In this document: piece by piece, positions 52,170 through 64,000 of the stretch
Position numbering within the stretch: the first letter of the stretch is position 1
Layout: each line of letters begins with the position of its first letter
Assembly (NCBI GenBank): GCA_964016885.1
Contig: OZ024742.1
Coordinates: 132,184,001-132,248,000 of the forward strand
DNA: 64,000 nt
Origin: Eledone cirrhosa
Lineage: Eukaryota
Reading direction: 5' to 3'
Notes under the pieces: model-generated
Databases searched by the model: none
Told to the model about the DNA's origin: nothing
What the model saw: the letters and a program-made list of their open reading frames with translations, nothing else
Translations under genes and position numbers: made by a program

Positions 52170-53517
52170 TTATCTCTTTCTCTTAATTTCGACTATATTT
52201 TTTTGACCGGCCACCTTCATGGTGGCAAGGTTGTAAAAGAAATGAAATTGTCATCCCTTGAATCGCAAGAATGTTTTGCAAACTTTGAAGGTGCCAGCTA
52301 TCGCAGCTATTTGTAGACTATGAATTAGGGAGCTGCGCTTTTTGTCCGCAAATCCAAGTTCAGTCATACTTTGGTCCAAGCGGGTCGGTTTATAACCCGT
52401 AGCTCCAATAATGATGGGTATGAAGCTAAAGATGTATCTTGGATACTGGATTTGTAAACTCCTCATCAATGGTCCGTAGATGTCCTCCTTCTCCTGTATT
52501 TTTCTGACAACGTTTACATCAAGTGGGCAGCTGATCTCCACAAAAGAACACGTTTTCAATGTGTGGTCCCAAACAATAATATCAGGCCGGTTGTGCTTTA
52601 ATTTGGTGGTAGTTTTTTTATTTTCAGGTTCCACTAGTATTCCTTAGTGCCATCTGTCTCAATATATTCTTCCTCGTTTGTTAATTTTGTTTTCCGAAGT
52701 GCGTTCCAGATGGTTCTAGCTATCCCATCGTGTCTCATGGGGAGGTAGTAGCGAGATGACATTCTTTCGCAGCTGGCAACAATGTGGCTTACTTCCTTGA
52801 TCTTTGTTTTACATAGCCTACATTTATTGTCAGCTGCTGGACCTCCTCTTTTGTGCAGCAGATATTTGGTAGGGAGTTCTTGTTCCTGTATTGCATAGAG
52901 ATATCCCTCAAGGTGTGATGTCATAAACTTGTCGGAACTCCATGCCAGGGATTTTGAGTGTTTTATCCCCTCTATGGTCTGTGTTTTACGCCTCAAGTAT
53001 CCATGCACAACTTTTTCTGTAAATTGGTCAATTTATTTAACTTGTTTGAACATTGAATAGGATCTTCCGATTTCTCTGGGTGAGAGATTTATATCAGGCT
53101 GTAATCCATATCTCTCCTCGAGATCAGTCGCTATTCTAATGATTTTTTTTTCATGCTCATAAACCTGGGCAAGATGGTTGCCAACCTTTTTCCTCTGTTG
53201 AAGGTGTTGCTTCAGTGTTACTACCCGGGTCTCATATGTTGTTAATAGTGATTTTAAACCCGTGCCACCTTCCTTGCGTGAGAAGTATAGCCTATCCATA
53301 TCACCATTGACGTTATAGTTCCCAGTAACACTGAGAAGTTTTCGAGTTCTAACATCCATCTCACTTAGTTCTTGCAATGACCAGTTCAGCAGGCCAAATG
53401 TTGGCGTTAGAATTGGCACAGCATAAGTATTGTGCGCAATTAATTTGTTGTACGCTGACAGTTCTGATGACCATATTCTCTTTACTCTTCTGAGGTATTC
53501 AGTTCTGGTTCTCTCAG
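52170..53517 (-). mobile_element. Second Dong/R4-clade LINE (different subfamily), 5'-truncated
   Basis: RLYFSRKEGGTGL...MHG...AIQEQ...CRLCKTKIKEVSHIVASC...RHD...NRPDIIVWD..VEISCP..KEDIY. Confidence 0.92.
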
Positions 53518-53600
53518 TATGTATGTATGTATGTATGTATGTATGTATGTATGTATGTATGTATGTATGTATGTATGTATGTATGTATGTATGTATGTAT
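53518..53600. repeat. (TATG)n microsatellite
   Basis: Perfect array. Confidence 0.95.
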
Positions 53601-54210
53601 GTCAAGTCACCAGCTGGTGCTACTGGTAACATGTATCCCAGTACAACCTGTCTCATGGTCGGGTCGTTGACGACTAAACTGGCAACCCCACCAAGGTTTC
53701 TTGGTGATGAGGGTGACTTTGGACATCCTGCAAGACTAAAAACAAAACCTGTCAAAGGGCAAAGGAGCTCTTAAGAGTCAATGGCCATCCAAAATCACTG
53801 GGAGAGATGACCCCTTAGCCTTTGTCATGGAAGAATTCTAGGAGAAGGAAAACTCTGATATAACACCTGCAATCCTGATGGTATCCAATGATGTTGACTT
53901 GTTCTTCTTTTTGGTAAATATCATCTTGGTTAAGTGAGTGGGACTGGCTTTGTGCAGTGCCTTTGCTCACTGTAAAAGCTTCACGGACAGGCATTGCTTT
54001 ATATCTGGAGATCTCTCTGCACTTGTCGTCACATGGTACCATGGGCCCAGTACTATGTGTCAATAATTGTCACAAGTGTAGTGTTTGTAACAGAGTTTTC
54101 AAGTCGCTGGCTGGACTAAAAAGTCACACTCGTTCAGCGCATCGGTAGGGGTTCTCCTACATGGATATAAAGTAGTGGCCGTACTCGTAAACGAGTTGGC
54201 AGCCACCACG
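53601..54210 (+). mobile_element. Non-autonomous bipartite RTE-derived retroposon, copy 1
   Basis: RTE-5'UTR-like ctaggagaaggaaaactctga; C2H2 remnant CSVCNRVFKSLAGLKSHTRSAH; 3' hairpin actcg-taaa-cgagt; (TATG)n tail. Confidence 0.6.
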
Positions 54211-54306
54211 TATGTATGTATGTTTGTATGTATGTATGAATGCATGAATGTATGTATGTATGCATGTATATATGTATGTTTGTTTGAATAAACGTATGTA
54301 TGTTAT

Positions 54307-54830
54307 GTCGGGTCACACATAAGTGCTACCGGTAACGTGTAACCCAGTACAACCTGTCGCATGGTCGGATTGTCGGCGACTAAACCGACAACCCAACCGA
54401 TTTTACTTGGTGAGTAGGGTGATTTTGGACACCCTCCAAGACAAAAGGCAAAACCTGACAAAGGGCGGAAGAACTCATAAGGGTCAACGGCCATCCAAAA
54501 GTGTGTAAATATGTATACACACATGTACCGCGCGGTGAAACCACAAAGAGTGAAGGACCCCTAGCCTTTGTCAGGGCATTCTTCTAGGAGAAGGCAACTC
54601 AGGAAACTGGGATAACTCCTATATAAAATCTGCTGCTCAGTAGTTACCGATGATGTTGATCTTTACTTCTTTTCGGGTTATAGCTACTGCCGCTCAAAGA
54701 GTAGGATTGGGTCTTTCGTCACTTTAAAAAATATCTTCACGTACAGGCATTGCACGATAGCATTAATTAATAATTATTAATATTGGTATATCATGCAATG
54801 GCCATACTCGATAACGAGGGGGCAGCGATT
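54307..54830 (+). mobile_element. Bipartite RTE-derived retroposon, copy 2
   Basis: Colinear with copy 1 (cccagtacaacctgtc..atggtcgg; ctaggagaagg; ctcg-ataa-cgag); degenerate (TATG)n tail. Confidence 0.6.
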
Positions 54831-55007
54831 ATGTATGTGTGTATGTTTGTTTGTATGTATGAATGCATACATATATGTATGTTTGTTTGAATATATGAAT
54901 GTATGTATGTATATATACATATTTGTTTGTATGAATGCATGCATGTATGTATATATATATGAATGCATGAATGAATGTATGTGTGCATGCATGCATACAT
55001 TTTTGTT

Positions 55008-55347
55008 TTTCGTGGAGTGAGTGTCTCCTAGTCTTTATTAAGACATCTCTCTCGGCGAAGATTACTTTGACTTGAAACCTGCGATTTCATTTGCATCCAA
55101 TGATGTAGACCTGTTCTACATTTTGAGTAAATGCATTAGATGTTCAGAGAGTGGGTTTGGTCCTGTGGAAAGCCTTTACTCACTTAAACAAGTTTCAATC
55201 TCAGGCGTCGCTTGACATGAGACATCTTTTGCGAAGCATGTCATTGCTGTCCATATGCAAGTACCTAGCAGAATTCAAAAGCCACGTCCGTGGCTTAAGT
55301 ATCAGGCGATGACATTACTCGAAATCAAGTTGCAGCCATCGTGTTAG
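55008..55347 (+). mobile_element. Bipartite RTE-derived retroposon, copy 3, 5'-truncated and older
   Basis: atccaatgatgt.gac.tgttct, LAEFKSHVR remnant, ttgcagccatc + tatg tail. Confidence 0.5.
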
Positions 55348-56505
55348 TATGCATGCATGTATATGTGTTGTATACATGAAATGTGTGTGTGTGTGTATTA
55401 TGTATGCATGTATGTATGTGTGCATACACCAACAATTTCCTGATTGACCCCTCTCATCTCCCGGAATCTGAATCCTGTCTCAATCAGATAAAGTATATGA
55501 ATGCCTGAAAAAAGACTGAAATATTAGCCTTGGGATCATGCCATCCAATTCAAACTATGAAACCTAAGGTAGTATATACATTTTCGATCGCACTAGACAC
55601 ACACACACACACATATATATATATACTGACTGTGGTGCCGGCTATGTCACTTGCTGTTGCTCTCTATCACTTTGAACGAAACGCAGGCGGGAGAGGTACA
55701 CACATATATATATGGAAAGTCCAGCAGGCACTAGCACCGGACTTTGGCTTTGAGAGCTGGAATAAACCTCTAACTGGACGTCACCCATTGGTTACATAGG
55801 TCGCATCTTTCGCATCTAGAATAAGGAGCCGATATTGCAGTAGCATGGGTTTCAACAGCTCTCAAACCGAGAGACGTGCAAGGTGTGGAACTGGATGTTT
55901 TCAAGAAACAACTTGGCACTCTGCTCTCCGGGATCCCAGATAAACCCCCAGCAAGGGATGAAGGTAATCGAAGGGAAGCAGCAACGAACTCACTACTACA
56001 TCAATGGCCAGCCAACACAGATAGAACAATATAGAAAGTGTAGCAACACCGGCGGTGCCCCAGCAAGGCCTAAGCCGCATGGCTGCAACAAGTAAAAGAG
56101 TAAAAGAATTTATATATATAGTTTCAATTGAGTAAATGTGCATACATAATTATATCCACGAGTAAATAAAAGGAAAACTCAATCGTCTACGCCTATGTAC
56201 ATATACGTATGCATGGCTTTAATTGTTATCAGATGAGTAGATAAAAATCAAATAACCAGGAAAAGTTTCGACCTGAATCTATACTTCCGATGAGTAGATT
56301 GGAAGAGGAGTCTGGCTTATTCCATTGAGAAACACCTCGAGATCATCATCAGTGAAGCAGATGTAACATATGCACACACTCTACAAATGTCAAACATACA
56401 AAAGTAGATACCGTGAGGAGTACAAACTCCCTTGAGAATCTTCCTGTTCAATTTATAGCATCAATTACTCATGTTGCATTTTAAATATATATATATAAAT
56501 ACTTA

Positions 56506-56581
<76 letters not shown>

Positions 56582-56597
56582 GTTCCCACACACTTCT

Positions 56598-56641
56598 CAC
56601 CTGAGGAAGGGCTTATGCCCGAAACGTCGTTCCCCACCAAC
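56598..56641 (+). ncRNA. Minimal PLE-type hammerhead ribozyme
   Basis: ac-CTGAGGA-A-GGGC ttat GCCC-GAAACGTC-gt; ACGT palindromic stem III, GUC triplet, very short stem I; followed by aataaa; cassette flanked by (TA)n. Confidence 0.7.
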
Positions 56642-56744
56642 ACCCCACTCTCCAGATCGTGAAATTAATAAACATTCGTTGTACTGCCCCTCTGTTTTGT
56701 TCCTGTTCAAATTTTTCCATTATATATATATATATATATATATA

Positions 56745-56833
56745 TAATTGTTTCTACTTTAGCCACAAGGCCAGCAATTACCCAGTGCATTACTGGTACT
56801 TTATTTTATCGACCCTGTAAAATAAAGTACCAT
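56745..56833 (-). mobile_element. Nin SINE 3' half with a short fold-back, between (TA)n tracts
   Basis: attgtttctacttt...ggtactttatttt atcgaccctgt aaaataaagtacc. Confidence 0.75.
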
Positions 56834-56851
56834 TATATATATATATAATGC

Positions 56852-56960
56852 TTCACTGATGATGATCTCGAGGTGTTTCTCAATGAAATAAGCCAGACTC
56901 CTCTACCAATCTACTCATCGGAAGTATAGATTCAAGTCGAAACTTTTTCTGGTCATTTGA
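56852..56960 (+). ncRNA. Hammerhead-like motif with ~70-nt stem II insertion (mirror copy ~56248-56355)
   Basis: CTGATGA-T-GATCT...A(G/A)GTC-GAAAC-tttttctg-GTC; stem I pairing poor. Confidence 0.35.
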
Positions 56961-57636
56961 TTTTTATCTACTCATCTGATAACAATTAAAGCCATGCATA
57001 CGTATATGTACATAGGCGTAGACAAATGAGTTTTCCTTTTATTTACTCTTGGATATAATTATGTATGCACAATTACTCAATTGAAACTATATATATATAC
57101 ACTTTTACTCTTTTACTTGTTGCAGCCATGCGGCTTAGGCCTTGCTGGGGCACCGCCGGTGTTGCTACACTTTCTATATTGTTCTATCTGTGTTGGCTGG
57201 CCATCGATGTAGTAGTGAGTTCGTTGCTGCTTCCCTTCGATTACCTTCATCCCTTGCTGGGGGTTTATCTGGGATCCTGGAGAGCAGAGTGCCAAGTTGT
57301 TTCTTGAAAACATCCAGTTCCACACGTTGCAGATCTCTCGGTTTGAGAGCTGTTGAAACCCATGCTATTGCAATATCTGCTCTTTATTCTAGATGCGAAA
57401 GATGCGACCTTTGTAACCAATGGCTGACGTCCAGTTAGAGGTTTATTCCAGCTCTCAAAGCCAAAGTCCGGTGTAAGTCCCTGCTGGACCTTCCATATAT
57501 ATATTTGTGTACCTCTCCCGCCTGCGTTTCGTTCAAAGTAATAGAGAGCAACAGCAAGTGACATAGCCGGCACCACAGTCAGGGAAGTCAGACCGAGTTA
57601 ACAACACGAATGCGGTAAAGATGGAACAACAACAAC

Positions 57637-57833
<197 letters not shown>

Positions 57834-58188
57834 GTATGTAAAAGTTAAACAGAAATAACTCAATCGGTGCCGTATATGGGAGGCATGTATTAGTTTAACG
57901 CTGAAATAGGAGGATGCGTTTGTGTGTCAGTGTATGTGTCAGTATGTATTTATATGTATATATTTAATACATATACGTTTATGGTTGTTAATATGCATTT
58001 ACCATATGTATAGTGTAAAATAGAGAGAATGCCAGGGATATATATAGCTAGAGCAGTTATATAAACAGATAGACAGTTCGATCGAGATATTGATAAATAG
58101 ATGCACACAGACGCGCACACAAGGACATTTATATATATATATATATATATATAGGGAGAGAGAGAGAGCGATAGAGAGAGGGAGGGGG

Positions 58189-58262
<74 letters not shown>

Positions 58263-58659
58263 TGAATTAGATGGATAGATGAAAGGAAAGTAAAATGTAT
58301 GTATGGCTCCACTTGTGTAATTTTAATAGAAAAGCAAATATGTGTATGGATCTTTGTCAAGATTGTGTGGGAGATCATGAATTCATGATTAGATATATAT
58401 ATTTCTTTAATCGTATATCATTTATTCTTTATCTGCTTTGTAATAATTCTTGTCTTTCTCTACGGATATGAAGAGGAAATATTAGATAAGATAATATCAA
58501 AATTTGATCCAAATCTAAATCATAATTTATCCGAAGCAGAGGTCTCTGGCAAAGATCAGAAGCTAATAGGGTATAACAATGAATGAAATACAAATTTAAG
58601 GAACGAATTTTGGCCAAAAATATTCTCAGTTTTCCTCCATTTCATCCACGCTTCTCTCT

Positions 58660-58705
<46 letters not shown>

Positions 58706-59164
58706 GCTCTCTCTCTCTTTCTCTCTCTCTCTTTCTCTCTCGCACATATACATCCGCCTATAAACATTCTGGCCCTCTACTTCCCATTTCTTTTTCAAAG
58801 ATTAGAAGATATATCTATATATAGATATATATGTATATATCCAGTGATATTTGACCTCTAATTGTCTGATTTAGCTTTATAAGACTTACAAGATAATTGA
58901 AGATTCAATGATTTAATAAATGCCAAGATTATTAACAGTCATTTATTATTCCCAAGCACAGCAAAATATCCTCCACTCAGTCGTGCTCTTTTGACCTAGT
59001 GAGTACCATAGCAATTCAGATAACGTTCGTTGTTGGTACAAGGCAAGTTGAAATTACGAATGACATATGATTCAGACGCCTCTAATAAATTACACACATA
59101 ATACTTACATATTACTCTTGGTTATACATAAAGAGAAATATTATGATTTGATCTATCTATCTCT

Positions 59165-59245
<81 letters not shown>

Positions 59246-59350
59246 GTTAAAGAATGAAGAGTAACATGGTACAATAATGGGCTTTATTTAAAGTACTGAC
59301 AATTGTCACAACCTCTAACTGGATTACCTATAACGATAACTTGTTATCCC

Positions 59351-59386
<36 letters not shown>

Positions 59387-59408
59387 ATATGTATATATGT
59401 ATATATAG

Positions 59409-60841
<1,433 letters not shown>

Positions 60842-61867
60842 ATATCCTAGATCTTAACAGTAAAAAGGTCATAGCATAATTTTACATTTCATATTATAGA
60901 AGACAAAACGGCATTATGCATTATCAATCAATTAATTAATTTATTAATATTTAAGCAGGTTGTTAGAGCATGCAATTTTGCAGGATATCAGACAAGTTAA
61001 TGCCTCCTTGATTAGATGATGGCTATACTTTTACTAATATAGATATGAAAAGGATAGGTATTCTCCTATTCGACTCTAATTGGGTGACACAAATTTATGC
61101 TGTACCAATTGGATTATTTTCACATCGAGGTTAACATTTTACGTTTACAAATAAATGGAATAGCTTGTCTTACGTTTCAAACTATGAAAAAAAGTTTATC
61201 GTAGGTATTATTTAGATATTTTATCATACTACCCCCTCATATACTTTTATCCAAATTAAAAGGATACGTTCTACTTTGCCCAAGTTTGTATCCACTGCAC
61301 ACTGAAATTGATAGCATTCTTCTATCAAAAGTATAGCATATATCATTACTAAAATTGCATTCAAGAGGAATTTTAGGGATATTCTTATATAAGCAACTGT
61401 TTCTATGGGGATAGTGACGTGATTGGTGTAGATTTCTCAATTAATAACATTATTTGTTATGACTACTTGAGTTTGCTGGGGAAGTATTTGCGTGTCAACG
61501 TTAGGAGGTTTCAAATTATGTTCGACGATCCATTATAGCTATATCTTTGAGAGCAGAAGCCTGACCTGACCCGAATAATGTTATTATTTCGAATAGATAA
61601 TATTTTTTCTTTGAATTAATTTCCATTCCTTGCATCTTTATAATAATCTGCACCATGATTGGGTAAGACTTTGCAGTGGTTATGTTAAATGTAATTTTGC
61701 CAGTGTTGATGATTGTAGTGAACGATAATTGAAATTTTACTGAAAGTATTGCTGCTATTGTGGTCTGTAAGGTTTATATTTAGGGATATAAATATATAAT
61801 GCGATATCAAAGACTTCTAGAATGTTTATATGTATGTATGCACGTAAGTATGTATGTATGTATGTAT

Positions 61868-64000
61868 ATTCTGCTGGTTTTATAATTTCACAAATTTGTT
61901 TCCCAATAGAGAGAGTCGGTTTCTAACAATGACAATACTCTCTCATTGGAATTTACACAACATAAACTAAGTAGATTATGTATGCATGCAGGTGTAGATA
62001 TGGATGTTATTTTATGTGTGGATGTGTATGATTTGAGTTGTATGTGTGCATGTGTATATGCTTTGTATCTGTACATGTGTATATGCAGTTATTAGATGCA
62101 ACATTTTTGGAATGTTTTACATATTATTACTGTTCCATTAATGGATTGTATTTGTAATTTCCTAACTAGTTGTGTTCTTTCTGTTCCTGTGAAGCCTAGC
62201 TTCTCAAGTTTTGTATTGAGGCAGTTACTAACATACCTCAGTGCCTCAACAATCACAGGCATAAATCTGAAGGTTTAATCAGTGTGGAGTATCTGCAGAT
62301 TTCTCATCAGTTCTGCATAAATATTCTCCTTTTCGTTAATTTTCGCTAATTTCCACTACTGGGCATGCTTTCTTCTCCCTGTCCCATATCATAATATCTG
62401 GTCTGTTATGCCTGCATTTTATTGGGGTTTTACTGGAACATTCCACCATTACTCTTCCAAATTATGTACGTGGATGTCTTCTACATTGCTGTAGTTTTAA
62501 TCTGTTTATTATCGGGGCTATATTTTTTACGAATTGCATTGTACAGTGTTTTGGTAACTCATAGGTAGACAGTAACGCGATGACATCTTCGGACAGCTGC
62601 TGATGACATGGGTGATATCCTCGATGTTAGCTCTGCAGAGTCTGCACTTGTTATCACATCTAGGTGTTTTGACTGCATCCCTATCTCTTTTGTGAATCAG
62701 GTATTTCGTGTTAATCTTCTGTTCTTGGACTGCAAAAGCGTATCCTTCAAAGTGGGAGCCAATATAGCGGTTGTTGGTCCAAGATAGACTACTTTCCTTA
62801 TCTATATTACTCTCACTCTGGAGCTTCCTGGCAACATATACATGCATGATTTTTTGCTGATAAGCATGCAGTTTTTCATCCATGGATTCACTGCGATACT
62901 GCTGAGCGACATCCCTGGGTGTGAGTTTTTGATTATCACACAGGGAATATCTCTCGAGATGTTCCTTCCCAACTCTCATGATCTTATCTGTTTCATGCAG
63001 ATAGACTTGCTCGAGGAACGGACTCCTACGCTTCGAGGTTCGTAGATTTTGTCGGAGGGACATTCAAATGCTGTCTGGACTAATGTTAGGCATCTGCCTC
63101 CCTGCTTATGTTTCAAGAAAACGCGGCCTATGTCACTGTTGATGTGGAAGTTTCCGGTGTCGTTTGTATTTTTAGAGTTTGAATATCAACTGTCGGATTT
63201 CGTCTATCGTCCAATTGAGTATTCCAAACGTTTGTGTTAGGACAGGCACAGCAAACACATTGTGAGCCACTGTTTTGTTTTTAGCAGAGAGTTCCGATGA
63301 GCAAATCTTTTTTAATCGGGTGTAGTATTCCTGGTTACGCGTTCCTTATTACAGATACCATTATAGGATATGTTCTTATCTATTCCCAGGTATATGTAGC
63401 AGTCCTCATCAGATATCGGTGAAACAGTTAGGCCATTGATGACAATGTTGCTTGATCGGGTTGTTGATTTTACCCGCTTTAAAGTTTATGAGCATTTATC
63501 TTGGCCAAACTCCATTCCTATAACCTTTGAGAACGTTGTAACCAGGTCAATATTTTTCTTCATCCCATCCAAGTTCTTGGCATAGCGATTCAGATCGTCC
63601 ACAAAGAAATGATGGGTTAGGTTCGTATTTCTCTACTCCTGTGAGCCAATTATGTAACCCTCACATTTCTTGTGCAGAAAGGACAAGGGGTTTAATGACA
63701 AGATGAATAATATCACAGAGAGACTGTCCCCGTGAAATATACCCTTGCGATATTTTATTTTATCAGTGACAATAGAGTCCTCCCTCTGTGTCTTTAACCT
63801 TAGGATAGTAGCCCAAGAAGAAGAGAACCTCTCTATGGCTCTGACAATAATGCCTGGGACTTTAGCAAGTTGGAGGGCTTCTATCATCCAAGAGTGGGGA
63901 ACAGAATCGAAAGCTTTCCTCTACTCCAGCCAGACTGTAGCCATATTCCTCCTAAGTTGTCGCACCTCCGACATCGCAATTTTGTTGATTAGGAGTTGTT
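61868..64000 (-). mobile_element. Dong/R4-clade LINE (same subfamily as 50435-52160), runs off the window end
   Basis: AFDSVPHSWMIEAL...GIFHGDSLSVILF..LNPLS...THHFFVDDL...CRLCRANIEDITHVISSC; 3' end abuts (CATA)n. Confidence 0.93.

Larger units (their letters stand above)
55626..57582. repeat. Long inverted repeat, ~733-bp arms (55626-56359 and 56849-57582)
   Basis: Mirror-image ORFs 55883-56095(+) and 57113-57325(-) are nearly identical. Confidence 0.92.

Noticed and set aside
53601-53700. HDV-like ribozyme at the RTE-like 5' end
   Set aside because: An ACC/GGT mini-stem and CTAA are present, but I could not find a P1 helix; a simple hairpin explains the pairing.
54070-54148. Host C2H2 zinc-finger gene exon
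   Set aside because: Single finger with no linker array, embedded in a repeated element with a (TATG)n tail; a degenerate version occurs in copy 3.

Overview
AT-rich, microsatellite-saturated animal non-coding DNA. It is most likely a coleoid cephalopod such as Octopus, inferred from the Nin/Deu-domain SINEs and the repeat landscape. No intact host gene is visible, and nearly all ORFs in the track are translations of (TA)n/(CA)n/(GA)n/(TATG)n repeats. The window is mostly decayed transposons: three Penelope-like (PLE) GIY-YIG fragments, RTE, Tx1/L1, CR1, CRE and three Dong/R4 LINE fragments, a DD37D (maT) and a mariner DNA transposon, and many tRNA-derived SINEs. The main hidden signal is RNA-structural. 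About 20 intact or decayed type-I hammerhead ribozyme (HHR) motifs lie on both strands, many with palindromic stem III. They sit in short cassettes inserted in (TA)n, often as fold-back inverted repeats; ~530-600 bp tandem or circularly permuted units also occur, one carrying an HHR (PLE pLTR/retrozyme-like). Also seen are recurrent inverted duplications centred on (TA)n, Dong/R4 LINEs whose junctions all abut (CATA)n next to a tandem array of bipartite RTE-derived elements with (TATG)n tails, and two possible decayed fibronectin type III exons. All structures were read by eye; no searches or folding computations were run.
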